Below, piece after piece: positions 6,404 to 16,208 of a stretch of 64,000 bases of DNA. The stretch is from Paludibacteraceae bacterium. Its GTDB lineage: Bacteria; Bacteroidota; Bacteroidia; Bacteroidales; Paludibacteraceae. Within the stretch, counting starts at the first letter, position 1. Every line of letters starts with the position of its first letter. Both the position numbers and the translations under genes were made by a program. The notes below the pieces were generated by a model. That model was given only the letters and a program-made list of their open reading frames with translations, was not told the DNA's origin and made no database searches. The DNA lies in contig JAFTXV010000004.1 of assembly GCA_017461505.1 (NCBI GenBank), positions 13,490 through 77,489 on the forward strand, written 5' to 3'.

Positions 6404-9214
6404 TCAATACAAGAATTTCACCCATTTATCTTTACGAGCAATCTTTTTAGATGATGTATATTTAGCTATATATATATTGCCAGGTGTGAATGCATATGGA
6501 GGTAATTCAACCATTGCCTGACCTTCACTTATCGCTTGCGACCATACCAACTTTCCATATAGATCATAAACATATAGAATCGCATCCTCAATGGAATTAG
6601 GTAAATATATCACATGTATATCCTGATTATAAGTCATATGCGACGCATCAATGCCTATTGTCAGATTAGGAGAATCTATCGCCTCACCAGGTAAAGTTAC
6701 AATACTTTTCGCTTTACTTGGAGTGGTGATATGTTCCTCACAGCCCTTATATCCATCCGTAGCCTGCAATTGATAAGAATATCTAGTATTTGGAGTCAGT
6801 TCTGTGAAAACATAACTTAATTCCGTATTAGGCACCTTAAGTTCACGACCTTGATAAATATACTCAATTTTTTCGTTACATCTAGCAGTAAAAGCATCTA
6901 CTGCAGTACCTTTTCCTCCAAAATCAACATAAGAAAGTCTAAATTGTATCAATTCATCTGAGACTGCAAAGTCTTTCGTAAATGTTTTACGTTTGGTATC
7001 ACTTGTTACATAGAACGTATCTCTTGTCAACCATTTCTTTCCATTTTGACTACCTTCCAACACCAATATTCCCATAGTGTCAACATCTGCAGCATAGGCA
7101 TTTGCCCAGAATGATATTTGAGTAATCGCAATAGGATAAAATGGAGATGTAATCATATCGCCCGTATTTTTATACAACATCGAGCGGACACCATCTTTCT
7201 TAGCGGCGGTGGTAGTAGTCGTAGTAGTACTTTGCCAACCAGCTTCGGCAATAGCCCCTGCATTATCAAAATTCTCAAAATCTTGTACAAAATCAGTTGT
7301 ACCCTCTTGCGACGTATATAAGTGAAGGAAATAGGCTTCTGCATCATTGACTGCCTTCCAATCTATTTCAAAAGAATAGGGAGTAATATTCTTTGCCTCA
7401 TTCAATCGTGGTGTCGTCACGTATGTAGGACGTGTTGATATTCCACTCAATGGAATAGAGAGCATACTGGTCTCTGTTTTCACAGTGATTAGTGCCGTTT
7501 CTAATTCACATTTGCGTTTTTGAGGGTTATAACTCACATAAAATGTAGCATCCAATTTGCCTTCGGCATCCACAGTATCCTTCAACGTGAGAGAGCGCAT
7601 CCAATATGGACTTGTACGCTTATTGATCGCTTCCGTATTGTTGGTGATATAGAAGTAACCTGTACGAGGAACCTCCACTGTTACCACCTCGCCTGCTCGC
7701 AATTGCTCCCCTACAAGACGAATAGCATATGATTTCCAATTCTCTGGTTTGTTATTATCATTCAATTGAGCTTCTATATGCAACTCACTAGGAGATGCTG
7801 ACAACACTCCATCTCCAGGCTGAACATATACAAACTCCAATAAATTGCCCTTATCAGTAATATTATATATCGTTTGATCACTAAGCAACGTGTTATTATG
7901 TAACTTAGGAATGAACGAAGTCACTCCACGAGTTCCTGGGTACGCATCCGAAGCAGAGGAATCTGTTTTGCGCCCTCCGGCCTCTTCCAAGTGCATACGC
8001 ATCGGATTGCTATTATTAGGTGTGTTATCTGCCCAAGCACCAGCACTATAATCAATATGCCATACCAACATACCTTGTCCTGGGAGATAGGCATCCCAAC
8101 CTACTTGGGTTCGATACTCAATCATGAAGAACTCGTTGGGTGAAGGAGATTTACCCATCAAGTTATGTTCGCTAGCCGCTATTAGATAGGCTGAATTAGT
8201 TTCTTGTAATGACTGCATGGCATACGCACCTGGCCTTTTGAGTTGCTCTGGTTTAAGCCAACCAAGATAGAAACGCTCATAACTACTGTAAGTAGGCGGA
8301 GTATGTCCATAGTTATTGTAGTTACCAGAAGCCATAATGGACCATGAGCCAACTGTGTATTGACCATACGAAGTGTCATACCAGTCAGGTAAACCCAACA
8401 CGTGACTAAATTCGTGGCAGAATGTACCTATACCACACATCACCGTTCCACCACTCCCTTTCAACTCAGATGTACAGGCATAAGTGGTAATTTGTTTGCC
8501 ATCCAACACGATATCCCTAGATTGCAGATTACTAGAGTGAGGCCATATGGTATTCTCGCTAGCGCCTTCCGCCTGATTATGACCTGCATAGTAGAAAAAT
8601 ATATTATCCACCTTACCATCTCCGTTGGTATCGTATTGCGAAAAATCAATATCTTCGTTGGCAAGTTGAACGGCTTCTACAAAAGCATCGAATGCATTGG
8701 TATCATGTATGTCTCCCTTTTGCTCACCATAGTAAGCCACATCCTTGCTCAGAGTGTATGGACCATACACATCAAACTCTGGCTGAAAGAGACTATCGGA
8801 ACAAGCTATAAAATAGTCACGACAAGAGCCCGTCGCGTTATTATCGCTATATCCTGATTGGTTTAATAGGTTATAAAATGCTTGTCGCGTGGTTTGAAAT
8901 TTAACATCCTTAAACTCTAGCAATATTACCAAGCTATGGGGAGTTCCATTCAGGGGGAATCCTCCAAGCATCTGCTTTTGTCGTATTTGACGTCGTTGTT
9001 TTATCTCCTCTGTTTTCCCTTTTGTAGGAAACTGTCCACGAATAAGGTTTCCCTCCATATCCGTAATATAAGAGTGAAACTCATCTCCATACTGACGGAC
9101 CTGAATCCAAGAACCATCTTCTAATTGCATCATAAAAGGGGTGGGATCTGCCATTACAGCAAAAGCTGAAAGAGTCATTAGCTGTAAAGCGAAAAGCAAA
9201 AATATCTTTTTCAT
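6404..9214 (-). CDS. Secreted M6 (immune inhibitor A-like) metalloprotease with a C-terminal T9SS-type sorting domain (putative)
   Basis: The ORF is trimmed to MKKIFLLFALQLMTLSAFA (ATG at 9214) because the promoter -7 box lies at 9248-9241. It has the zinc motif HEFSHVLGLPDWYD. It also has Fn3-like regions, a poly-Thr linker and a C-terminal beta-rich tail (ILYVYDLYGKLVW...). Confidence 0.8.
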   Translation of the reverse strand: MKKIFLLFALQLMTLSAFAVMADPTPFMMQLEDGSWIQVRQYGDEFHSYITDMEGNLIRGQFPTKGKTEEIKQRRQIRQKQMLGGFPLNGTPHSLVILLEFKDVKFQTTRQAFYNLLNQSGYSDNNATGSCRDYFIACSDSLFQPEFDVYGPYTLSKDVAYYGEQKGDIHDTNAFDAFVEAVQLANEDIDFSQYDTNGDGKVDNIFFYYAGHNQAEGASENTIWPHSSNLQSRDIVLDGKQITTYACTSELKGSGGTVMCGIGTFCHEFSHVLGLPDWYDTSYGQYTVGSWSIMASGNYNNYGHTPPTYSSYERFYLGWLKPEQLKRPGAYAMQSLQETNSAYLIAASEHNLMGKSPSPNEFFMIEYRTQVGWDAYLPGQGMLVWHIDYSAGAWADNTPNNSNPMRMHLEEAGGRKTDSSASDAYPGTRGVTSFIPKLHNNTLLSDQTIYNITDKGNLLEFVYVQPGDGVLSASPSELHIEAQLNDNNKPENWKSYAIRLVGEQLRAGEVVTVEVPRTGYFYITNNTEAINKRTSPYWMRSLTLKDTVDAEGKLDATFYVSYNPQKRKCELETALITVKTETSMLSIPLSGISTRPTYVTTPRLNEAKNITPYSFEIDWKAVNDAEAYFLHLYTSQEGTTDFVQDFENFDNAGAIAEAGWQSTTTTTTTAAKKDGVRSMLYKNTGDMITSPFYPIAITQISFWANAYAADVDTMGILVLEGSQNGKKWLTRDTFYVTSDTKRKTFTKDFAVSDELIQFRLSYVDFGGKGTAVDAFTARCNEKIEYIYQGRELKVPNTELSYVFTELTPNTRYSYQLQATDGYKGCEEHITTPSKAKSIVTLPGEAIDSPNLTIGIDASHMTYNQDIHVIYLPNSIEDAILYVYDLYGKLVWSQAISEGQAMVELPPYAFTPGNIYIAKYTSSKKIARKDKWVKFLY

Positions 9215-9240
9215 CTTGTGCATATTATCTAATTTGGGTG

Positions 9241-9272
9241 CAAAAGTACAAAAAAAAAACAATATATGCAAA
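9241..9272 (-). promoter_or_regulatory. Promoter of the M6 protease gene with an A10/T10 spacer tract
   Basis: The minus strand has TTTG (9272-9269), a 20-nt spacer containing T10 (9259-9250) and TActTTTG (9248-9241). Confidence 0.8.
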
Positions 9273-9371
9273 TTTTCTCACAACAAAAGATAATAAAGCG
9301 AGAAAGAAGGGAGGAATGGGATAAAAAAAGGAAGACAGGGAGAAATAGAGAGAGGCAGAATCATTGACGAA

Positions 9372-9400
9372 AAGAGGACGAACATTACGTCCGTCCTCTT
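9372..9400 (-). terminator. Terminator after the SusC/SusD/Big_2 unit
   Basis: The stem pairs aagaggacg with cgtcctctt. It is followed by uuucg on the minus strand. Confidence 0.6.
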
Positions 9401-9421
9401 TGTTATTATAGGTTAACTTGA

Positions 9422-10612
9422 TTATTTTGCCATGTGCAAAGTTTTAGTATCCAATGATTTGCCGTTCAAGGTTGGAGTTTTCTCCAAACGGTATGAACGA
9501 TTAATCAATTTAGGAGTTCTTGCGCTTACCTTTGCAGGTTCTTCCTCTAGTGCATCAAATACACCGTTTACATCGAATACGCGATCAATCTTAGAATAGT
9601 CGTATGGAGTAACGAGCTTAATCTTTTGCTCATTTTCAAGAACATCCATATCCACTTTGAAACCATAGAGACGGTCTTCAGCAGTAACGTTAGCCCAAGT
9701 TACATCAGCAGCAAACACCGCAGGAACTTCTTCGCCAGTTTCTTTGTCTTTGTATGCTGATTGACAAAAGAGTTTATTGACTGCACCTATGTATGCATCA
9801 TAACCCCAGTCTTCGCCGAAAAACATCAACGCACCTGTTGTGTTAGCCATCGCCTCCTCACGAACAGCATCAACCTCCTCTTGTGTAATATCCTCTCCGG
9901 CGCTGAAAAGCAATTGAATCCAATCTCCGTAGGTTTCAGCCTCAATGTTTCCTGAATTTGCAACAAGAGGAAGAACCTCACCCTCAGCTAAAGGCATAAC
10001 TCCAAAGTAGCCCATATTTACCCCTACACCAGCATAGTCTGGGAAATTTTCGTCATTAACGACATACGTTGGAAAGTTTTGCAATACAAACACAACACCA
10101 TCACCTACAAATGCACCAGCATTTTGATCAAATGTGATGTTTTCATCCCATGCATAATATTCTGGTACATATGTTAGTGCGCATTTAACTTCTCCGATAG
10201 TCAACTTAAGAATAGTATCTGTTCCAGGAATTAATTTTCCATCTCCTGGGAGATAGACACCCCAATCAGCGATGCTCAATTCATTATAGAAAGCATCAGC
10301 CTCTACAGTAACTACACACTCTGCTGTCTTTTCACCTGCTGTAGCTGTAATCACAGCTGTACCTTCTGCAACGGCAGATACCACACCACCACCAGTAACA
10401 ATGGCTACTGCATTATCGCTAGAAGCCCAAGCAACTGCTGTACCAGCAGGATCAACTGTCGCTTTCAACATTTCTTCTGCACCAACAGCAAGTGTTAGTT
10501 TTGTTTTGTCTAACGTAACTGAGTTTACAGTAGGTTCTGGTTCTGGAGTAGGTTTGCAACCAACCAGCAACACGGTTGCCAATGCAACTGCAATAAAACC
10601 AATCTTTTTCAT
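9422..10612 (-). CDS. Surface lipoprotein with an N-terminal Big_2 (bacterial Ig-like) domain
   Basis: 396 aa. It has a lipobox (LLVGC) and a PEPEP linker. The Big_2-like segment is VTLDKTKLTLAVGAEEMLKATVDPAGTAVAWASSDNAVAIV. It lies immediately downstream of susD, the usual position of a surface binding protein. Confidence 0.75.
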   Translation of the reverse strand: MKKIGFIAVALATVLLVGCKPTPEPEPTVNSVTLDKTKLTLAVGAEEMLKATVDPAGTAVAWASSDNAVAIVTGGGVVSAVAEGTAVITATAGEKTAECVVTVEADAFYNELSIADWGVYLPGDGKLIPGTDTILKLTIGEVKCALTYVPEYYAWDENITFDQNAGAFVGDGVVFVLQNFPTYVVNDENFPDYAGVGVNMGYFGVMPLAEGEVLPLVANSGNIEAETYGDWIQLLFSAGEDITQEEVDAVREEAMANTTGALMFFGEDWGYDAYIGAVNKLFCQSAYKDKETGEEVPAVFAADVTWANVTAEDRLYGFKVDMDVLENEQKIKLVTPYDYSKIDRVFDVNGVFDALEEEPAKVSARTPKLINRSYRLEKTPTLNGKSLDTKTLHMAK

Positions 10613-10696
10613 CTTCTTGTTGTTTTTGAATTAATAAATAATGTTAACTAATACATTTTTATAGAGATAATTCTATATACTATTTCTATACTATTC

Positions 10697-12325
10697 TTAA
10701 TTTGGATCAACCGCCATTTCAGTTGTACTTCTGAGGAATGGGTTGTAGTATTGCTCTCCAGTAGGTATTTCAAACGTAAACTGGCGCAACGTGCTTTTAG
10801 CATTAGGATCTGGAGTTTTATTTGAGCGTGCATGGTTTTCTCCCAAATTAACCACTACACCAAAACGGCGGAAAGTCTGTAAGCCAAATCCTTCTCCCCA
10901 GAACTCCACTCGCCAGTTATAACGAATCTCTTCTAGCAAGATAGCATTATCACTGAGCGTGCCTTTCCACGCATTGTACTCTGTACTCTTCTCAGGCATA
11001 GCTCTTTGATCGGTAATAGCGAGCAAATACTTTTGTGCATTCGCATTATCCGATTTTCTGCAATACGCCTCTGCGGCAATCATATATGCCAACTCTGTAC
11101 GCATATACACATTATCGCAAAGCCAATCGCGGTCAAGTTCGGTAGCAGATGGCACCTTCTTGTAATTGTTCTTTTGCTTAACAACAGGGCTATAGAACTT
11201 GCCATCAGGAGCATATTGATATTTCTTCTTTGCATCATAGAGATTATTGAACCAATATCGTCTAGCATCCCATTTCTTATCCTTGATGGAGTTATACAAA
11301 AGCTCATCAATACCTTTCACATCACCTGCCCATGCATAAGAATAAGAGAAGACATCCACTTGACCAAAGAATGAAGCAAGTGCTGTGGTTGTTTCCACAT
11401 TTACGTCTTGACCCCATACCCAGTTGTTACTTTCAATATTGGCAAAACCTGTTGTTAGAAGTTCGCTATAAGGTAACAATGTATGTGATGTATTGTTAAT
11501 GAACTCTTCAGCATATTTGATAGCATTATCGTTATCTCCTTTGTTGAGATAGAGATATGCTAGATTAAGTCGTGCTACATCACCATTCATTTCTTGCTTA
11601 ATGGTACGTGCCATTCCTTCTTTCTCAAGAATATCGAAATAGTAGATAGCAGCTTTGATATCCTCTTCAGCTCTAGTATAAACATCTTCCGCACTTGACA
11701 AAGGCGCACCTATTAATGTATCTGTTTCCGTAACTTCTTCTGTATAAACAGGCACACTCATATAATCTGTGAGTGAATATCCTTGGGATGCAATTTGCTC
11801 TGGTGTATAGCAGAACCACTTTTGCAAGTTTGCATAAGCCCATCCACGCATAGCCAACGCCTCACCATAATAGAAGAACATCTCTGCATTATCAAGGATA
11901 GTATCCACCTCTAATAGTCCATCTTTCCCGATGTGTTTTTGTGCTGCATTGATTGCCTTATTGGTAAGTCGGATAATATCATAATAGTATGACCACAGAT
12001 ACGCACGACGTGCATAACTTTGTCCTAACTCATCTCTATAGAACCAGCCATAATTCTGCGTTGTCAATGCCATATCACCACAAGTAAAATCTCCATACAT
12101 ATCAATAGAACGTTGACCAAAAACATCATGATCACCAGCATACTGATACATCATGGCATACACACCCATAACAGATCCTCTAAGTACACCTTCCATATTT
12201 TGATATTGCTCCTGAGTGATAGAACTACCTCCTGGCTGTTGATTAAGCCAATTGTCAGAGCAAGATGACAAAAAGACGACGAATGTTAATCCTATAATAT
12301 ATAATGTCTTTTTCATATTCATCAA
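10697..12325 (-). CDS. SusD/RagB family nutrient-binding outer membrane lipoprotein
   Basis: 542 aa. It has a lipobox (LSSCSD) and TPR-like SusD sequence character. It is directly downstream of SusC. Confidence 0.9.
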   Translation of the reverse strand: MMNMKKTLYIIGLTFVVFLSSCSDNWLNQQPGGSSITQEQYQNMEGVLRGSVMGVYAMMYQYAGDHDVFGQRSIDMYGDFTCGDMALTTQNYGWFYRDELGQSYARRAYLWSYYYDIIRLTNKAINAAQKHIGKDGLLEVDTILDNAEMFFYYGEALAMRGWAYANLQKWFCYTPEQIASQGYSLTDYMSVPVYTEEVTETDTLIGAPLSSAEDVYTRAEEDIKAAIYYFDILEKEGMARTIKQEMNGDVARLNLAYLYLNKGDNDNAIKYAEEFINNTSHTLLPYSELLTTGFANIESNNWVWGQDVNVETTTALASFFGQVDVFSYSYAWAGDVKGIDELLYNSIKDKKWDARRYWFNNLYDAKKKYQYAPDGKFYSPVVKQKNNYKKVPSATELDRDWLCDNVYMRTELAYMIAAEAYCRKSDNANAQKYLLAITDQRAMPEKSTEYNAWKGTLSDNAILLEEIRYNWRVEFWGEGFGLQTFRRFGVVVNLGENHARSNKTPDPNAKSTLRQFTFEIPTGEQYYNPFLRSTTEMAVDPN

Positions 12326-12364
12326 TTTTAATAAGTTTAACTCTATTTTACTACAATTGTTTTG

Positions 12365-15300
12365 TTAGAATGACAATTTAATACCGCCCATTATAGTAGA
12401 TAGTGGACTATATGCGTGTGTATCCGAACTACCTGTAAATGAGGTCATTGGGTTATATCCCTTACGCGCAGTAGCAATAGCTAAGTTATTAGCCGACACA
12501 TACACATTCAAACGGTTGAGCTTAATCTTCTCAATAAGCTTCTTAGGGAAATTGTATCCCAATTGAATACTATTGAGTGAGAAATATGAGTTGCTTGTCA
12601 AGAAACGTGTACTAGTCATATTCGCATATTGGTCAAACTCACCAGCTCCATTACTGAGTCGTGGTATATCAGATTGTTTATTATTCATCGTCCACGCATT
12701 ACGCATATCTACGTGCCAGTTGTGCTTACCTACTTGATCGTTTGCCATCAGTGAGAGATAAGTATAATCATATCCATATCCACCTATACGATAACTAGTT
12801 GCAATATCAAGTGTTACACCATATACATCCAAAGAGATACCCAATCCACCATCAAGGTCAGGCAAATAAGATTTATTAACGTATTGGAGTGTAGCGTACG
12901 AGCCATCACTAGTTGTTGTTGATTTTAAGTGACCCTCACTATCTGGATGCTCTTGTTGATATTGGTAAAGCGATGAAATATAGTTGTAGGATTGTACACC
13001 ATTCTCATCCACATAAGCATCACCAAGACCGCCATATCTCTCATCATAGTAAGCTTCATACAAAGCATCACCCGTATTTTCATCCACACCAGCATATACA
13101 TAAGTATAGTGATCATACATAGAATGTCCTACAGACATCGCACCATTCATAATCATACGTACAGGATTGCCATTTGCATCCACATAATCAATAGGCATCT
13201 GAAGCATTTTATTCTTGTAGTGCGCACCATTGAAACGGATATCCAATTTCACGTTACGCTCATCAACAGCATGCACCTTAAATGTAAATTCAACACCTTG
13301 GTTCATCATCTTCGCATCATTAGTAGGTACGCTGCTATATCCCAAAGATGGAGCCACTGCACGACTAAAGAGCATATTGTCTGTTACTTTGTAGAAATAA
13401 TCCAACTCCATATCCACCCATTTTCCGAAAGAGAGTTCCAATCCTAAGTCGGTTGTATTGGTACGCTCCCAAGTCAATTCTGGATTACCTTTGCTTGTCC
13501 AGATATATGCGATTTCATCGTTCACATTCTGAATGGTGTACATATCTGTGTAAGCATACAACGAATTAATTTGGTTACCAAGCACACCCCAAGAAAGGCG
13601 AAGTTTACCGTTCTTGAGCCATGAAACACCACTCATAAATTCCTCATTGGTAAACGACCACGAAGCACCTACAGAACCGAAGTGACCCCAACGATGACCT
13701 TTCGCATATCGGCTAGAACCGTCAGCACGGTAGTTTGCTGTTATACCATATTTCTCTGCGTACATATATGTAGCAGAAGCTAGATATGAATCCATCGTAA
13801 ATCGAGTTGTATTACCCTCAATGCTTTGCATTTGAATCGCATTACCCAACTCAAGACTCTCTCCATCTGCAAGATTTGACTTGTAACCATACACATATGA
13901 GTTGTTATACATATATGTTTCGTGTCCAGCCATAACGCGTATGCTATGATCTCCAATCGTCTTATTGTACTCCAGCAATTGTTGAGCAGCAATGGTCAGC
14001 ATATTAGTTGACTGTTGTAAAATACGTCCTAATCCAGCCGCATCTCCATACCATTTGTTTGTAAGATTTGAATAAAGGTTATTGTAGTAGTGCGCACCAA
14101 CATTCACCATTAATTTCAAATCCTTATAGAACTTAAATTCAAAACTTGCTTTTGCATCAAGTGTATTTTGCACTTGTCTCTCTTTATCCACAAGCAAAGC
14201 TCCTGCTGGGTTAATACCCATACCAAAAGAACGACCAATAGAATTACCTTCAAGGTCTGCATCTCCATAGTCGTATGCATAGCCACCAGTACGAGGATCA
14301 ATAGCGAGATTGCCCTCTCCGTCACGCAAATAAACAGGATAAATAGCTGGCACTGCATTCACATAGTAGAAACCATTATTCATAGCGCCATCACCTTCTT
14401 GGTTTGGAGCATTAAAACTCGTATGTGAATACGCGATATTGAGGTTCGCTTTAAACCACTTTTTAGGTTGATAGTCAAGATTAGAACGCACATTGAAGCG
14501 ATCAAAATCAGATCCCTGATAATATCCCTCATCCTTAAGATATCCAAATGAAGTATAGTAGCTCAGTTTCTCTGTTCCACCATGAAGCTTAACACTAGCC
14601 TCCGCTTTTTGACCAACACGGAAAATAGCATCCTTCCAACTCTCCAAATTCTCATAACCAGGACGACGGCTTGCACTAGCGTCAAAGGTAGGATTTACCA
14701 TGCCATAATTATCGTATGGAACAATCAACAAAGAGCCCTTGCGATCCCAAAGATTGTAATAAACAGGGAGTCCTCCACTAGAGTAGAGCATATTATTAGC
14801 AGACTTGATTGCTTGACTCTCTTTCTCTTTCTTTACAACAAGGTAATTATTATACAAACTTTGCCAAGCCATTGTAACATACTCTTCAGGACTGGTGATA
14901 CTCTCATACAAAGGCAATAGACGCATGTTCGCACCATACTTCACATCTACATCTATCTTGCCCTCTTCGCCCGAATTACCTTTCTTGGTTGTAATCACCA
15001 CCACACCATTCGCACCACGGCTACCATAAAGAGAAGTAGCAGTAGCATCTTTCAAAATAGTAGTAGAAGCAATATCGCCTGGATCAATGGAAGATATATC
15101 ACCATCATAGGTTACACCATCCACCACATACAAAGGCGTTGTGCTACCATTCAACGAACCTACACCACGAATAACAAGAGTAGCGTTGGTACCAGGCTGT
15201 CCACTAGTATTAACTACTTGAACACCAGCCACCTCACCAGCAAGTGCCTTGGAAATCTCGGTAGCATTCTTTTTATCAATAGCATCAGCATCAACAGCTT

Positions 15301-15652
15301 GTGCAGAACCTGCGAAACTACCCTTTGATACATTACCATAACCTGTCACCACGATTTCTTGCACCATTTCAGTGGCTTCGTGAAGAACAATTGTCATTCG
15401 CTCTTTGATAGCAACTTCTTGAGTCTGCATACCCACGAAACTAACTACCAATGTAGTAGCATCATCACTTACAGTCAGCAAAAACTCTCCATCGTAGTCC
15501 GAAATCGTACCATTAGTAGTACCTTTTACCATTACAGAGGCACCGATTACAGGTTGATCTTGCGAATCCAAGACTACACCACTGATTTGCTTCTCAGCCA
15601 TCATTCCGATAGTCAAAAAGCACAATGCCAAAAGCGTAAAAATCTTTTTCAT
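12365..15652 (-). CDS. SusC/RagA family TonB-dependent outer membrane transporter
   Basis: 1095 aa. The N-terminus has a carboxypeptidase-regulatory-like domain (ISGVVLDSQDQPVIGASVMVKGTTNGTISDYDGEFLL), followed by a plug and a 22-strand-barrel-type sequence ending in F. There is no STN/anti-sigma signalling domain. Confidence 0.93.
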   Translation of the reverse strand: MKKIFTLLALCFLTIGMMAEKQISGVVLDSQDQPVIGASVMVKGTTNGTISDYDGEFLLTVSDDATTLVVSFVGMQTQEVAIKERMTIVLHEATEMVQEIVVTGYGNVSKGSFAGSAQAVDADAIDKKNATEISKALAGEVAGVQVVNTSGQPGTNATLVIRGVGSLNGSTTPLYVVDGVTYDGDISSIDPGDIASTTILKDATATSLYGSRGANGVVVITTKKGNSGEEGKIDVDVKYGANMRLLPLYESITSPEEYVTMAWQSLYNNYLVVKKEKESQAIKSANNMLYSSGGLPVYYNLWDRKGSLLIVPYDNYGMVNPTFDASASRRPGYENLESWKDAIFRVGQKAEASVKLHGGTEKLSYYTSFGYLKDEGYYQGSDFDRFNVRSNLDYQPKKWFKANLNIAYSHTSFNAPNQEGDGAMNNGFYYVNAVPAIYPVYLRDGEGNLAIDPRTGGYAYDYGDADLEGNSIGRSFGMGINPAGALLVDKERQVQNTLDAKASFEFKFYKDLKLMVNVGAHYYNNLYSNLTNKWYGDAAGLGRILQQSTNMLTIAAQQLLEYNKTIGDHSIRVMAGHETYMYNNSYVYGYKSNLADGESLELGNAIQMQSIEGNTTRFTMDSYLASATYMYAEKYGITANYRADGSSRYAKGHRWGHFGSVGASWSFTNEEFMSGVSWLKNGKLRLSWGVLGNQINSLYAYTDMYTIQNVNDEIAYIWTSKGNPELTWERTNTTDLGLELSFGKWVDMELDYFYKVTDNMLFSRAVAPSLGYSSVPTNDAKMMNQGVEFTFKVHAVDERNVKLDIRFNGAHYKNKMLQMPIDYVDANGNPVRMIMNGAMSVGHSMYDHYTYVYAGVDENTGDALYEAYYDERYGGLGDAYVDENGVQSYNYISSLYQYQQEHPDSEGHLKSTTTSDGSYATLQYVNKSYLPDLDGGLGISLDVYGVTLDIATSYRIGGYGYDYTYLSLMANDQVGKHNWHVDMRNAWTMNNKQSDIPRLSNGAGEFDQYANMTSTRFLTSNSYFSLNSIQLGYNFPKKLIEKIKLNRLNVYVSANNLAIATARKGYNPMTSFTGSSDTHAYSPLSTIMGGIKLSF

Positions 15653-15757
15653 TAGTCTTTGTGATTTTAATATTATTTACATTTATTTTATTATCTTCTC
15701 CAACTTAGCACCATACTATGGGCGAAATAATATTTTCCGAAAGTATGGAAAATCGTG

Positions 15758-15789
15758 CAAAGATACTACTTTTTTTTTATAGTACCAAA
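15758..15789 (-). promoter_or_regulatory. susC promoter
   Basis: The minus strand has TTTG (15789-15786), a 20-nt spacer with A9 and TAtcTTTG (15765-15758). The leader is about 100 nt. Confidence 0.8.
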
Positions 15790-15979
15790 CATTTTGCAAA
15801 AAAAATGCCAAATTAGATGCTTTTTTTATGTTTTACAACATATTTTCAAGTAGCAACACACTTCAGGTTTCACCTATTAAATAAAGTATTAGCGCACGCG
15901 CACGCGAAGAAGTTAGAGATGGACTATTAAATAAAACTAACAAGAAACACATAAAAAACTGAAGAATACTAACAATTTT

Positions 15980-16011
15980 CTTGCGTATATCATTTTTTTA
16001 CAGTACCTTTG
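15980..16011 (+). promoter_or_regulatory. btuB operon promoter
   Basis: CTTG at 15980-15983, a 20-nt spacer with T7 and TAccTTTG at 16004-16011. The riboswitch starts immediately downstream. Confidence 0.75.
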
Positions 16012-16175
16012 CAGCCGCAATTGGTAAAAGCGCCATGCTTGGGAAGCAAGTGAGATTCTTGCACAGACCCGCTGCTGTGATTCGCAATTGCACATCTAAC
16101 TCTTTATGTCACTGGAGGTTATACCGGGAAGGCAGGATGTGTGAGCGATAAGTCAGAAGACCGACCGTTGCATTA
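16012..16175 (+). promoter_or_regulatory. Cobalamin (B12) riboswitch
   Basis: It has GGGAAGCaaGTGAGATTC, CACTGG...CCGGGAAGGC and the B12 box AAGTCAGAAGACCGACC. Closing pairing is possible between GCAAttGG and CCgTTGC. It lies directly upstream of a TonB-dependent receptor. Confidence 0.88.
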
Positions 16176-16208
16176 GTTGAACACTCTCGTGGTATAGAGT
16201 AAGGCAAC

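Noticed and set aside
9215-9271. N-terminal ORF extensions given by the ORF track: 9215-9271, 2321-2359, 19275-19415, 23673-23756, 25021-25074, 34637-34885, 38151-38237, 51563-51604, 53702-53770 and 58557-58574
   Set aside because: In each case the extension either contains the consensus promoter (-7 box), runs into the upstream gene, or precedes an obvious signal peptide or conserved N-terminus. The internal ATG was used instead.
9296-9358. Purine-rich tract of about 60 bp (agaaagaagggaggaatgggataaaaaaaggaagacagggagaaatagagagagg) upstream of the M6 protease promoter
   Set aside because: It is interrupted by several pyrimidines, is not mirror-symmetric and has no repeat partner. I could not connect it to any function beyond low-complexity spacer DNA.
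15874-15933. 12-bp direct repeat (ctattaaataaa) flanking a GCGCACGCGCACGCG island in the susC/btuB divergent region
   Set aside because: It is a short AT-rich repeat that could easily arise by chance in a spacer this AT-rich. There is no inverted-repeat structure or coding potential. It was noted only as a curiosity.
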